From Candidatus Aminicenantes bacterium (lineage in GTDB: Bacteria; Acidobacteriota; Aminicenantia; Aminicenantales; Aminicenantaceae), in assembly GCA_016927475.1 (NCBI GenBank), contig JAFGMO010000012.1:120875-184874 (forward strand): a stretch of DNA of 64,000 bases, written 5' to 3'. Position numbers and translations under genes: made by a program. The notes beneath the pieces are model-generated. The model was not told the origin of the DNA. It saw nothing but the letters and a program-made list of their open reading frames with translations, and ran no database searches. Position 1 is the stretch's first letter. Each line of letters begins with the position of its first letter. Below are positions 9,887-19,919 of the stretch, piece after piece.

Positions 9887-10595
9887 GTCCCAGACGTAAC
9901 CCAACCCCCCAGCTTCTTTCGGTGAAGAAGGAAATTTCCGAGACAAGGGATAAAGACCGGCAGAGGTAGACATTAAATCCCAGGAACATGCTGAACAATC
10001 CCTTGGCTTTGGCTTCCATTTCCAGCCCCCCATCCGGAGAGAAAGATCCGTGCATGGTGCTGAACTTGAAGCCGAGGTTTCCTGAGAACATGAATACTCT
10101 CAATCCGAAATTTATTGCGCTCTGGAACTCGGTCAAGGCGAATGATTTGGTGATGGTGTTTCCCGTTCCTTGAAGCCGGCGGATTTGAAGGTCAATGTCC
10201 ATTCCCCCTTTGACACTGATAGTTTTGCCGTTTTTTTGCTCGATATCCACTTCAGCGACGAGGAGATATTTTAATCCTCCTCCGAAAAGGACAAAATCCC
10301 CTGTAGGCGCATAAGTGTGGGGAAAATCGGAAAAACCGGCAAAACCGTAGAAGGCCCATTGGAAACCGGGCCTGAATAAAACCTGGGCCATGGCTATATC
10401 CCGGGACACTTTTTCCGTTATCCCGTTGATTGTAAATTTGCGGGAGAGATGTGTATAGTTCACTTGAAGCGAAGCATGTCCCTCAGGCGGAATATCCGCT
10501 CCGCTTAGGATTTCCTGCGCGGATAAAACAAGAGAACATGTTGATAAAAGAACAACAACAGCGATTTTTTTCATCGTTCTTAATCCTTCCACCAA
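9882..10595 (-). CDS. putative outer-membrane beta-barrel protein
   Basis: Signal peptide MKKIAVVVLLSTCSLVLSAQE. Alternating hydrophobic pattern and a C-terminal aromatic residue region typical of small OMPs. Confidence 0.5.
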   Translation of the reverse strand: MVEGLRTMKKIAVVVLLSTCSLVLSAQEILSGADIPPEGHASLQVNYTHLSRKFTINGITEKVSRDIAMAQVLFRPGFQWAFYGFAGFSDFPHTYAPTGDFVLFGGGLKYLLVAEVDIEQKNGKTISVKGGMDIDLQIRRLQGTGNTITKSFALTEFQSAINFGLRVFMFSGNLGFKFSTMHGSFSPDGGLEMEAKAKGLFSMFLGFNVYLCRSLSLVSEISFFTERSWGVGLRLGL

Positions 10596-10719
10596 AAAAA
10601 GTCCATTTTTTAGTATGTACGGAGGTGCGGGAAGAAAGGTTCATTTTCGTTACGCGAGATGTTATAGGTTTTTCGGAGAGTAGAAGAGACGATTGACAAC
10701 CTTTTCAGTGGGTGCTATA

Positions 10720-11051
10720 AACTGCTTTATTCACGAGCCAAGCTTGCCGTAGCTGCGAGGCGTCAGCCTGTGAAGCTGAATGTCATTGCGAAGTTCCGAA
10801 GGAACTGTGGCAATCTCATGTTGCGTGGCAGTATTCCAGGAGATTGCCGCGTCGCCTTGCTCCTCGCAACGACAGGCTGCAACAAAGCAGATGCGGTAAG
10901 ATCGGCTCGCCTGAAAGGTAAATTTTGCCAACATTTTCTTAAAATGGTCATGGAAAATGTTTCGTTATCAATGTTGCCAGGAAATATTTTTAAATGACAC
11001 ATTCAATTGAAATTATCTGTTGGTGTTGGCAAAATTTATGAATAATGCAGG
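10720..11051 (-). mobile_element. MITE-like repeat, copy A (reverse orientation, ~332 bp with ~75-95 bp internal insertion)
   Basis: It is the reverse complement of copies C and D. Termini are ctgctttattcacgag...tttatgaataatgcagg, and the conserved core is gcgagccgatcttaccgcatctgctttgttgcagcc. Confidence 0.8.
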
Positions 11052-11083
11052 ATAAGCAACATAGTTTTTTCAAGAGAGGCAAC

Positions 11084-11722
11084 ATGGAAAAACAAATCAT
11101 TCCCGCCGTAATCGCCCAGGACCAGGATGAGCTGATGGCCATCCTGGATAAAATCGGAAACCACGCCCGGCTGATCCAATTGGACGTCATGGACGGGCGG
11201 TTTGTTCCCAACCGCTCTTTGGATTTTGATTTTAATATTCCAGCGGGCAAATACATTTACGAGGCCCATTTGATGATCCAGGATCCTTTGACCTGGCTTG
11301 ATCAATCAGGGGATATGATGCAGACGATCATCGCCCATTTTGAAGTCCTGGACGAGCCGGGAAATTTTATCGAAGCAGCCAAGAAAAAGGGAAAAAAGGC
11401 CGGCTTGGCTATTAACCCTGAGACGGGTTTGGACAGCATCTTACCTTATCTGAAAGATCTTGACCAGGTTCTGATCATGACGGTACATCCCGGAGCTTAC
11501 GGAAGCCGATTTCTTTCAGAGATGCTGGTAAAAATCAGAACGCTGAGAGCCAAAGCTCCCGGCTTGGATATCGAAGTTGACGGGGGCATCAGTCCGGACA
11601 CAATCTGGTTTGTTTGCGAAGCGGGCGCCAACATGTTCGTTTCAGGATCATACCTGATAAAGGCAGATAATCTGGGCAAAAATGTGGAGATTTTGTGGAA
11701 GAGCCTGCGGGACGAACTTTAA
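11084..11722 (+). CDS. rpe: ribulose-phosphate 3-epimerase
   Basis: LDVMDGRFVPN and the rest of the RPE TIM-barrel signature. The start is set at the ATG at 11084, which has an agagagg RBS. The longer 11045 ORF begins inside the repeat. Confidence 0.8.
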   Translation: MEKQIIPAVIAQDQDELMAILDKIGNHARLIQLDVMDGRFVPNRSLDFDFNIPAGKYIYEAHLMIQDPLTWLDQSGDMMQTIIAHFEVLDEPGNFIEAAKKKGKKAGLAINPETGLDSILPYLKDLDQVLIMTVHPGAYGSRFLSEMLVKIRTLRAKAPGLDIEVDGGISPDTIWFVCEAGANMFVSGSYLIKADNLGKNVEILWKSLRDEL

Positions 11723-11928
11723 CCTGCACTGTTCATAAATCCGGCCGAGGGTGATAAAGACAAGAGAAGAATCGGCCGGATTTACCTTTCAGGCGAGCCG
11801 ATCTCCCCGCATCTGCTTTGTTGCAGCGCACTCGCGGTGAACCAGCACCGCTTCGTGCGCCGACGCCTCACAGCTGCGGTAAGCTTGGCTCGTGAACAGC
11901 ACAGGCACCCTGCACTGTTCATGCAGGT
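11723..11928 (+). mobile_element. MITE-like repeat, copy B (forward, ~206 bp, shortened left arm, duplicated terminus)
   Basis: Begins cctgcactgttcataaatccggccga immediately after the rpe stop. The conserved core and right terminus are present, plus an extra ccctgcactgttcatgcagg. Confidence 0.75.
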
Positions 11929-11937
11929 TCGCTGAAT

Positions 11938-12684
11938 TTAAAATAGGCTGAAGAGTTTGGCTGACATGACAACAATGGCTGCGGCCAGAATAATGCGAAT
12001 GACTTTTTCGCCTCCTTTGACCGCCGCCCGGGCTCCCCACCAGCCTCCAAGAGCGTTGCCTGCGGCCAGAATAAGACCCAGTTTCAAATCGATGTTGCCC
12101 GTCCAGGCGAAAATAAACAAGGTTGGCAGCGTATAGATAAGGATGATAAAAACTTTGTGCATGTTGACGGTGACCAGATCGATTCTAAGAAGGTGGTAGA
12201 GGGCCGCCATAAACAGGAATCCAACACCGGCTTGAACAAAGCCACCGTAAAATCCGATTCCAAAGAGGGCGGGATAAATCAACCAACTCTTTGGGTGTCG
12301 GGTTGTTTTATTTCCTTTTTTATATCCCCGTGAGATAAACATGGAAAAAACGACGAATAAAAGCACACCTCCCAGGATTCTTTGAAAGGCCGTATGGCTG
12401 ACCCGGGTCGCCAAAAGAGCACCGGAAACCGCTCCCGGAAGAGTGAAAAGTGAGTAGATCAGACTTTCTTTGAAACCATGAACGTTCGATTTTTTAAAAG
12501 AAGTAACGGCAAAGATATTCTGGATGAAAATGGCCACACGGTTTGTCCCATTGGCTAGGGAACCTTCAAGGCCGAGAAAAATCAAGGCCGGCAAAGTTAA
12601 GGTCGACCCTCCTCCTGCATTGACGTTGATGAATCCGGCGACGGCCCCGATGGCGAATAAAAGGATTAAATGGAGAATACCCAT
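11938..12684 (-). CDS. TSUP/TauE-SafE family sulfite/anion exporter membrane protein
   Basis: 248 aa, about 8 TM segments, and the GxGGG motif repeated in two halves. Confidence 0.75.
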   Translation of the reverse strand: MGILHLILLFAIGAVAGFINVNAGGGSTLTLPALIFLGLEGSLANGTNRVAIFIQNIFAVTSFKKSNVHGFKESLIYSLFTLPGAVSGALLATRVSHTAFQRILGGVLLFVVFSMFISRGYKKGNKTTRHPKSWLIYPALFGIGFYGGFVQAGVGFLFMAALYHLLRIDLVTVNMHKVFIILIYTLPTLFIFAWTGNIDLKLGLILAAGNALGGWWGARAAVKGGEKVIRIILAAAIVVMSAKLFSLF

Positions 12685-12712
12685 CGATCACATGTTTTCC
12701 CTGATTCCCGCC

Positions 12713-14119
12713 TCAGGATATATCCCGGCCGTCCCAGCAGAAGGTACAGAGTTTTTCCTTCGGCAAACCGATGGCCTTGATGAGGTCGTCCAGCCTCTGG
12801 TACCTCAGAGTGGTTAGCTTCAGTTTATTGGAAATGGTCTCCACCATGGCCTTATATTCCGCTGTTTCATTTTGAGTGTAGATGGTCAGTTTGTCCGTAT
12901 CCCTCCCTTCAAGTTCGAAGATAGCTTTGCGTGCCGCCAGATCGAGTTCTGATTTTGACCGGGAAAAATTGAGATACGGACATTTGAAAATCAAAGGCGG
13001 ACAGGCTGGACGCATATGGACTTCTTTTGCGCCGTAATCAAAAATTCTCTGAATGGTATCCTTGAGCTGAGTTCCCCGAACAATGGAATCCTCACAGAAG
13101 AGAAGTTTTTTCCCTTCGATGATTTTACGAATGGGAATAAGCTTCATTTTGGCAACCAGGTCGCGGACCGCCTGATCCTGAGGCATGAAGCTCCGCGGCC
13201 AAGTTGGTGTGTATTTCACGAAAGGGCGTTTGAAAGGGAGGCCGGCTTCGGCGGCGTATCCCAGTCCGTGAGCTGTTCCTGAATCAGGTATTCCGGCTAC
13301 CAGTTCCGGTTGGATATCATCCCTCCGGGCCAGATAAGCGCCGCAGCGGTTTCTCACTTTTTCTACATTGATGCCCTCATAGCTGGAAGCGGGATAACCG
13401 TAATAAACCCAAAGGAACGAGCAGATTTGCATCTTGTTCCGGGGAGGGGATTTTTGTTCGATTCCTTCCGCAGAAAAGAAGACGATCTCCCCTGGCCCCA
13501 GGTACTTGACGATGTCATATTCGAGGTTTGGAAAGGCACAGGTTTCAAGAGTGGCGGCATAGCGGTCTTTTTTTTTGCCGAGGACGACGGGTGTCCGTCC
13601 GAGACGGTCCCGCGCAGCGTATATGCCTTCCCGGGTAAGAAGCAGAAGCGAACATGATCCTTTTACAGATTCCTGTACTCTTTTGATGCCGTCCAAAAAA
13701 GAGGCTTCCTGGTTGATTAGGGAGGCGACCAATTCGGTGGGATTGATGTCTCCTTCGCTCATTTCGGAAAAATGAATCCTGTTTTTTTTCAGGAGCAAAC
13801 GGGACAGTTCTCCAGGATTATGGATGGCCCCGACAGTGACAATAGAATAGTCACCGAGATGGGAACGGATGAGCAACGGTTGATCTTCATAGTCGCTTAT
13901 GCAGCCAATCCCCAGACTCCCCGACATTTGAAAGATATCTCTTTCAAATTTTGACCGGAAGGGTGTGTTTTCGATGTTGTGAATAAAGCGTGAAAATCCG
14001 GTGGCGTTTAGGGAAACCATTCCTCCCCGTCTTGTTCCGAGGTGGGAATGATAATCCGTTCCAAAAAAAAGATCAGTGAGGCAGTCGTCCTTTGCCGCAA
14101 CTCCGAATAAGCCGCCCAT
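12713..14119 (-). CDS. purF-like: amidophosphoribosyltransferase-like protein (class II Ntn amidotransferase + PRTase), catalytic Cys1 replaced by Gly
   Basis: PurF-like domain order with a PRPP-binding motif (LFCEDSIVRGTQLK) at the C-terminus. The N-terminus reads MGGLFGV where canonical PurF has MCG. Confidence 0.7.
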   Translation of the reverse strand: MGGLFGVAAKDDCLTDLFFGTDYHSHLGTRRGGMVSLNATGFSRFIHNIENTPFRSKFERDIFQMSGSLGIGCISDYEDQPLLIRSHLGDYSIVTVGAIHNPGELSRLLLKKNRIHFSEMSEGDINPTELVASLINQEASFLDGIKRVQESVKGSCSLLLLTREGIYAARDRLGRTPVVLGKKKDRYAATLETCAFPNLEYDIVKYLGPGEIVFFSAEGIEQKSPPRNKMQICSFLWVYYGYPASSYEGINVEKVRNRCGAYLARRDDIQPELVAGIPDSGTAHGLGYAAEAGLPFKRPFVKYTPTWPRSFMPQDQAVRDLVAKMKLIPIRKIIEGKKLLFCEDSIVRGTQLKDTIQRIFDYGAKEVHMRPACPPLIFKCPYLNFSRSKSELDLAARKAIFELEGRDTDKLTIYTQNETAEYKAMVETISNKLKLTTLRYQRLDDLIKAIGLPKEKLCTFCWDGRDIS

Positions 14120-14303
14120 ATGAGTTCTCCATTCCGCCTAAATATGACAGATTTTACGGGCCGTTTCAAGAGCGTATGTTTGAAAAGCAGCGGTTTTGAT
14201 TTAAGAATGGGAATAATGAAGGGGCGACCTTGACATTGGTCCATACCGGTTATAGATTAAAAAAGGGGATGAATATAAGTTTTATAAGTGTGAGTGTGTA
14301 AAT

Positions 14304-15107
14304 ATGGAAGAACGAGAAAAAATCATTATGTCGGCAGTTCTGACATTTGTGGTTCTTATTGTTGGTTTTCTTTTGCTGTATTTTCTTATTCTAAAGAAAC
14401 CGGAACCCTCCGATGCTGCTGAGAAAATCTCTTCTGAAGATGTAGCCAAAGCGGAAGTCGAAACAGGCGAAAAAGAAGGGAAACTCGAACCCGTCGAACC
14501 GGTTGATGTGGAACTCGATGAGAGTGACACCTTTATTCGGGGAATGGCGGAAGAACTCAGCAACAAGCCGACTTTCAAAGAATGGCTGGAAACAAAGAAT
14601 GTTATTCGGCGGTTTGTAGCGGCCGTCGACAACATCGCCAACGGCTTGAGTCCCCGGCAGCAAATCGATTTTTTCAAACCCCGGGGAAAATTCAAAGCCG
14701 TCACCCGGAAAGGAACGCTATATCCGGATACCTCTTCCTATAAACGTTATGATGTTGTGGCGGATGTTTTTGTCTCTTTGGATGCCAATGCGGCCGTCCA
14801 GTATTTCCGCCGTTTCAAACCGCTTATCCAGGAGGCATACAAGGAGCTGGGATATCCCAACACGGATTTTCAGGTTACCCTGGCGGCAGCCATCGAGGAG
14901 CTTCTTTCCGTACCCGTTCTCGATGACCCTCTTGCTCTGGAAAGGGAGGTTCTTTCTTATAAGATCGCGGATCAGGACCTTGAGAATCTTTCAGAAGCCC
15001 AAAAGCATCTTCTTCGAATGGGACCGGAAAATGTTCGTAAGATCCAGACTAAATTGAGAGAAATGGCTTATGAACTTCGCATGTTGAGGAAAAAAGAAAT
15101 CCCTTAA
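14304..15107 (+). CDS. membrane-anchored hypothetical protein (DUF3014-like)
   Basis: One N-terminal TM helix followed by a soluble domain. No catalytic motif recognised. Confidence 0.5.
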   Translation: MEEREKIIMSAVLTFVVLIVGFLLLYFLILKKPEPSDAAEKISSEDVAKAEVETGEKEGKLEPVEPVDVELDESDTFIRGMAEELSNKPTFKEWLETKNVIRRFVAAVDNIANGLSPRQQIDFFKPRGKFKAVTRKGTLYPDTSSYKRYDVVADVFVSLDANAAVQYFRRFKPLIQEAYKELGYPNTDFQVTLAAAIEELLSVPVLDDPLALEREVLSYKIADQDLENLSEAQKHLLRMGPENVRKIQTKLREMAYELRMLRKKEIP

Positions 15108-15113
15108 GCCGTT

Positions 15114-16127
15114 TCAGTCTCCATCCCATAAAAAAGGAATTTTTTGGGAAAAATCAGGGATAAGAGGACGGCTTTCTTGTTCGAGATAGGGCTGAATGAA
15201 GAGGTCGGAAAATCCCAGTTCTTGAGCATAGGCTAGAATTTTCCCATATTCTTTGGTATTGAGCCGTCTTTGAAGGTCCGACGGTGCTTTATAACAGGGA
15301 AAATACTGGCTCATGAGGCTCAGCGGGATTTGGTTGGAAAGGTTCTCCGCCGTCCATTCCAGGACCTTTAAGGAATTGTGAATATAACCCGGAAGGACCA
15401 GGTGACGCATGATAACGCCTTTAAGGGCGTTCCCCTCCTTAGTCAGCTCCAAATGCGGCTGCTGGCGGACCATTTCAATAAGAGCTTCTTGAGCGAACTC
15501 GAAATAATCTGATGCCCCGGATAACCGGGCTGAAGCTCCGGAACAGGCATATTTAAAATCCGGAAGATATATATCGATAATTCCGTCAAGAAGTTTCAGG
15601 ATTTCTTTTTTTTCATAGCCGCTGCTGTTATAAACGAGAGGGATGGACAGGCCTTGTTTGTATGCGATTTTCAGGGCCCTGAGCAGAGGAATAAGGATGT
15701 GTGTGGGTGAGACAAGATTTATATTTAAGGCTCCCTCTCCCTGCAACCTCAGCATCTCCCGGGCCAGTTCGTTGTCACTGAGTGCTCTGCCCCGGTGCTC
15801 CCAGCTCAACTGGAAGTTTTGGCAGAAGAGGCACTTGAGAGGGCAGCCCGAAAAAAAGAGGGTTCCGGATCCGGCCTTTTTATCGGAAATGTGCCCGTTC
15901 TTCTCCTTTTGCCGGAAGTCCGGATTACCGCTCAGTACAGGTTCTTCTCCGAAGTGCAGCAAGCCATGTGATAGTGCGGCCCGGGATCCTGTACCGCAGT
16001 ATCCGGTTTGATGCTTTTTTCTGTCTGCAAAGCACTCACGGGGACAGAGGCGGCAATTTTCCTCATGGCCGGCAAGCCGTTCCAGGGCTGATTCGATAAG
16101 CCCGATTTTTTCTTCCAAAGTTTTCAT
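15114..16127 (-). CDS. amrS: AmmeMemoRadiSam-system radical SAM enzyme (AmrS-like)
   Basis: N-terminal Cys cluster (C..C..C), a CPLKCLFCQN radical-SAM motif and ~337 aa length typical of the AmrS family. Confidence 0.7.
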   Translation of the reverse strand: MKTLEEKIGLIESALERLAGHEENCRLCPRECFADRKKHQTGYCGTGSRAALSHGLLHFGEEPVLSGNPDFRQKEKNGHISDKKAGSGTLFFSGCPLKCLFCQNFQLSWEHRGRALSDNELAREMLRLQGEGALNINLVSPTHILIPLLRALKIAYKQGLSIPLVYNSSGYEKKEILKLLDGIIDIYLPDFKYACSGASARLSGASDYFEFAQEALIEMVRQQPHLELTKEGNALKGVIMRHLVLPGYIHNSLKVLEWTAENLSNQIPLSLMSQYFPCYKAPSDLQRRLNTKEYGKILAYAQELGFSDLFIQPYLEQESRPLIPDFSQKIPFLWDGD

Positions 16128-16171
16128 CTATTCTTTGCTGTTTGAATAAAAATTGCATGAACAAAATATTT

Positions 16172-16771
16172 TTAGAAGATGTATTTGATAACGAGAAAAC
16201 CTCCGATGAGAAGAAAAAGAAAGGCAAAAGCGAGAAGGTTGAAATATTTATCGATAAATATTTTGACTCCCGGTCCAAATTTACGGAACAGGGCGGCAAC
16301 GGCGAAAAACCGCATAGAGCGGCTGATAGACGAAGCAACAACAAAAAGGAAAAAATTCATACGGAAAACGCCGGAAGCGATGGTAAAAATTTTGTAGGGA
16401 ATGGGCGTAAAACCGGCGGAGAAGACATACCAGAACCCATATTTGTTGAAGTTGAGCATGACTTTTTCAAAAAGTTCAGGCGTGAAGCCGGGTATGTACT
16501 TGAAGAAAAAAGAATCCACCGTCTCCCAAAGGCCAAAACCTATGAGGTATCCCATCATTCCTCCGAGAATAGAAGCGATGGATGTGATGAGGGCAAACCG
16601 CCAGGATTTTTTTATGGCCCCCAGACAGAGGGCGATAAGCAGGACATCCGGGGGAACCGGGAAAAAAGAGCTTTCCGCAAATGCCAGACAAAATAAAGCC
16701 AGGGGACCGTAGGGCGTTTCTGCCCAGTGGAGAACCCAATCATATAATTTTCTGAGAAATTTCATGTTCAA
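16172..16771 (-). CDS. DedA/YqaA-family membrane protein
   Basis: The SNARE-associated/DedA core (FAESSFFPVPPDVLLIA) and 4-5 TM segments. Confidence 0.7.
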   Translation of the reverse strand: MNMKFLRKLYDWVLHWAETPYGPLALFCLAFAESSFFPVPPDVLLIALCLGAIKKSWRFALITSIASILGGMMGYLIGFGLWETVDSFFFKYIPGFTPELFEKVMLNFNKYGFWYVFSAGFTPIPYKIFTIASGVFRMNFFLFVVASSISRSMRFFAVAALFRKFGPGVKIFIDKYFNLLAFAFLFLLIGGFLVIKYIF

Positions 16772-17534
16772 CCGCCTTGAGGATGTTGTCGTATTCCCGC
16801 CCCTTCAAAGCTTGATGAAAGGTAGTATCGTGATGTAGGGGTGTTACGGTAATGTATCCTTGATGGATGACCTTCACGTCACTTTCTGATGTTCCTTCGG
16901 CCCGAGTGCTTCCCATTCCGATCCAGTAATAGGACCTGTTCCGCGGATCCTTTTTTTCGATGACCTGTGGGTGATAACTTTTCCAGCCCAAGGGTGCCAT
17001 TCGTATTCCCTTAAAGGGAGGGGGAGGAAAATTGATGTTGAATGTGGTCCTGTTTAATCCGGCCGTCTTGAGCATGCGCACTGCTATTTTCCGGACGACT
17101 TCAGCCGCGGGTTCAAAATGGAATATTTTATTCGCATCAGGGACGAGTGAAACAGCTAAAGAGGGAATGTCGAGAAAAGATCCTTGTTTTGCGCCGGCCA
17201 CTGTTCCCGAATAGGAAATATCCTGTTGCCCGACATTCGGACCATGGTTAAAACCGCTGATAAGGAGGTCAGGTTTTCCGCAAAGGACCTTTTCCACAGC
17301 CATGTAGACACAATCCGCGGGCGTGCCTTCGACAGCGTAAATTTTTGGTTGGATTTTTTTCATGCGGAGCGGATGGTGAAGTGTCAGAGCCAGTGATGCG
17401 GCGCTTTTCTCTCTGTCGGGAGCGACAATGGAAACATCATATATTGGGGAAAGAAGCCTGAAAAGACATTGAATGCCTTCTGCGAGATAGCCGTCATCAT
17501 TTGTCAATAAAATCCGTTTTTTTTCTTTTTTCAC
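16740..17534 (-). CDS. surE: 5'/3'-nucleotidase SurE
   Basis: The N-terminal ILLTNDDG motif and typical length of 264 aa. Confidence 0.85.
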   Translation of the reverse strand: MKKEKKRILLTNDDGYLAEGIQCLFRLLSPIYDVSIVAPDREKSAASLALTLHHPLRMKKIQPKIYAVEGTPADCVYMAVEKVLCGKPDLLISGFNHGPNVGQQDISYSGTVAGAKQGSFLDIPSLAVSLVPDANKIFHFEPAAEVVRKIAVRMLKTAGLNRTTFNINFPPPPFKGIRMAPLGWKSYHPQVIEKKDPRNRSYYWIGMGSTRAEGTSESDVKVIHQGYITVTPLHHDTTFHQALKGREYDNILKAVEHEISQKII

Positions 17535-17696
17535 TGAAAAAAATCCTTTATGCTATGAGCTCGCTCAAAAGTTTAACCGGCTCACTCCGTCTAGAGGAGT
17601 CGATCCATTCGCCTATGACTGATAAGTCAGACAGGTAAAGAAAAAGCATTTTAGCATGTGAATAGATATATAGGAAATGGTTTTTATCTCAAAATT

Positions 17697-19778
17697 TTAG
17701 CTGCATTGTTTTTTCATTTCTTCCGGGTCCGTTGTCGGTTTTTGGCAGCTGAAATCCCGGCAGACGTAAAAGGTGGTTTTTCCCTCAATGCTTCTGTACT
17801 TACGGCTGAAATCAGAGAAAAGGGTTGATGGTTCTTTAACCGGGGGAAGACCTATAATGATGTTTCGCGGAAAATATCCTTGACGGAGGAACCGGAGTCC
17901 TTCTTGAGCGGCGGAAGAATCCAACCGGCCGGATATGATGATTTCCTGTGTCGGTCCCAAGTATAAATCAACGGCGCTGAGCATGTGCAGGAAAGCCTCG
18001 GGAAAGGATTGTATCTCGGGGAGAAAAGCATCGAGAGCCTGGCTCGCTTTCCCTTCCCAATCAGGCCGGGACAACAGTCGTCCCAAACGGAGAAGGTTCA
18101 TCACGGCTACAGAGTTTCCTGAAGGATAGACGCCGTCATAAGCCGTTTTCTCACGAAAAATCAATTTTTCTCCGCTGTCCGGGCTGAAATAAAATCCTCC
18201 GTTTTTCTCGTCCCAGAAATGGTCCAGGATATATTGAGTGAGTTCTTCCGCCGTTTGCAAGTATTTTTCCTTGAAGGTGCAGCCGTAAAGCTCCAAAAGT
18301 CCCCAGGTGAAAAAAGCGTAATCATCAAGAAAAGCTTCGATGCCGGCTTCGTTTTCCCTGAACCGATGGAAAAGGCCTCCATGTTTTGAATGCATATTTT
18401 TGAGGATAAACGCCGCAGCGTTCTCAGCCGCTTTTTTATAGTTATGGTCTTCAAAAACAGCCGCAGATTTGGCCAGAGCGGCAATCATCAATCCGTTCCA
18501 GTCGGTCAGGATTTTATCGTCCATCATGGGGTGGATCCTTTTACTTCGGGAAGCTTGGAGTTTTCCTTTGATCTTTTTCAAACGTTTCTCCAGCTCTTGG
18601 AGGCTCATATTAAAATAACGGGACCATTCTTCCAGCGGTCTTTTAAGATGGAGTATATTTTTTCCGGTCAGTAAGCCGGTGGCCTCGTCACTGAAATTTC
18701 CTTTTTCCTCAATGCTGAAAACAGTTACGGCTAACTTCAGTTGTTCCGGAGTGTCTTTGAGGGCGTTCCTGGCTTGTAGAAGGCTCCAAAGATAATATTT
18801 TCCTTCTTCTCCTTCACTGTCCGCATCTTCAGCGGAATAAAAGGCACTCTCGGGAGATGTCATATCGCTTAAAACATAATTGAGAGTTTCCCAGGCCGTT
18901 TTCCTGAAAACGAAGTTTTTGGTGACTTGATATGCTTCCGTATAAGCCATGGCCAACAAAGCCTGGTCGTAAAGCATCTTTTCAAAGTGAGGGACTAGCC
19001 ACCGGGCATCCGTTGCATAACGGTGAAAACCTCCACCTATGTGGTCGAATATACCACCCATCTGCATTTCCTGCAGAGTTTTTTCCACCATGCCGACCGC
19101 AATCCTGTTATTCATTCTTTTGCCGAAACGGAGAAGGAAGAGCAGCTTAGATGCGGAAGGGAATTTAGGCTCTCTCCCGAATCCTCCCCTTTTTTCATCA
19201 AAAACACCGGCCAGGTTTTCATAGGCTTGTTTAAGAAGATGAAGCCCCGGCTTTTTTGAGGCTGATATTTGTTTCTTTTTTTGAAGAGATGAAGTGATGG
19301 AATCCGCGGACTGGACGATTTTCTCCGGCTGTTTTTTCCAGAGGGCTTGGATATGGGGAAGAAGTTCCAGAAGTCCGGGGCGTCCGAAACGGGCCGAACG
19401 GGGAATGTAGGTGCCTGCAAAAAAAGGCTTTTTTTCTGGGGTCAGGATAATCGTTAGGGGCCAGCCCCCGGTTCCGGTCATAAACTGGCAGACCTTTATG
19501 TAGATCTGGTCGATGTCCGGTCTTTCTTCCCGGTCGACTTTGACGGCGATAAAAAATTGATTCAGAAGTCCGGCCACGACCGGGTCTTCAAAGGATTCTT
19601 TTTCCATGACGTGGCACCAGTGACAGGTTGCGTATCCGATGGATAAAAATATCGGTTTGTTTTCCCTCAAGGCTTTTTTAAAGGCTTCTTCCCCCCATGG
19701 GTACCAGTCTACGGGATTTGAAGCGTGCTGGAGAAGATAGGGGCTTTTTTCATGAATAAGCCGGTTGTGTTTTCTCAT
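17697..19778 (-). CDS. thioredoxin-domain protein, DUF255/YyaL family (N-terminal Trx-like + (alpha/alpha)6 barrel)
   Basis: Contains CHWCHVME, the DUF255 signature. The ~690 aa length matches SSP411-like proteins. Confidence 0.8.
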   Translation of the reverse strand: MRKHNRLIHEKSPYLLQHASNPVDWYPWGEEAFKKALRENKPIFLSIGYATCHWCHVMEKESFEDPVVAGLLNQFFIAVKVDREERPDIDQIYIKVCQFMTGTGGWPLTIILTPEKKPFFAGTYIPRSARFGRPGLLELLPHIQALWKKQPEKIVQSADSITSSLQKKKQISASKKPGLHLLKQAYENLAGVFDEKRGGFGREPKFPSASKLLFLLRFGKRMNNRIAVGMVEKTLQEMQMGGIFDHIGGGFHRYATDARWLVPHFEKMLYDQALLAMAYTEAYQVTKNFVFRKTAWETLNYVLSDMTSPESAFYSAEDADSEGEEGKYYLWSLLQARNALKDTPEQLKLAVTVFSIEEKGNFSDEATGLLTGKNILHLKRPLEEWSRYFNMSLQELEKRLKKIKGKLQASRSKRIHPMMDDKILTDWNGLMIAALAKSAAVFEDHNYKKAAENAAAFILKNMHSKHGGLFHRFRENEAGIEAFLDDYAFFTWGLLELYGCTFKEKYLQTAEELTQYILDHFWDEKNGGFYFSPDSGEKLIFREKTAYDGVYPSGNSVAVMNLLRLGRLLSRPDWEGKASQALDAFLPEIQSFPEAFLHMLSAVDLYLGPTQEIIISGRLDSSAAQEGLRFLRQGYFPRNIIIGLPPVKEPSTLFSDFSRKYRSIEGKTTFYVCRDFSCQKPTTDPEEMKKQCS

Positions 19779-19840
19779 GTTTTTCCTTTTGGGTGAATTT
19801 TACCGGCTTTAATTTGTCTATTGCCGGCCGGATAATACTG

Positions 19841-19912
19841 TTTCACAGGCTGACGGCTCGCTCCGACCCAACCTGTCCCTGCGGCAAGCTTGGCTCGTGA
19901 ATAATACAGGTT
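19841..19912 (+). mobile_element. truncated MITE-like repeat (right arm only)
   Basis: tttcacaggctgacgg...ctgcggcaagcttggctcgtgaataatacaggtt matches the right ~70 bp of the element. No left end is present. Confidence 0.6.
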
Positions 19913-19919
19913 TATGGAT

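Noticed and set aside
10731-11002. ORFs inside MITE copies (10731..10934, 10763..11002, 10770..10997; also 21578..21772 and 25968..26231) that share the peptide ...AKFTFQASRSYRICFVAAC...LHRLTP.S.GKLGS
   Set aside because: The shared peptide only reflects conserved repeat DNA. Copies occur in both orientations with frame-disrupting indels, the ORFs lack RBSs, and copies B and the mini-elements cannot encode them.
11045-11083. Longer rpe start (MQDKQHSFFKRGN)
   Set aside because: These codons lie inside MITE copy A. The downstream ATG at 11084 has a proper RBS and matches RPE N-termini (MEKQIIPAV...).
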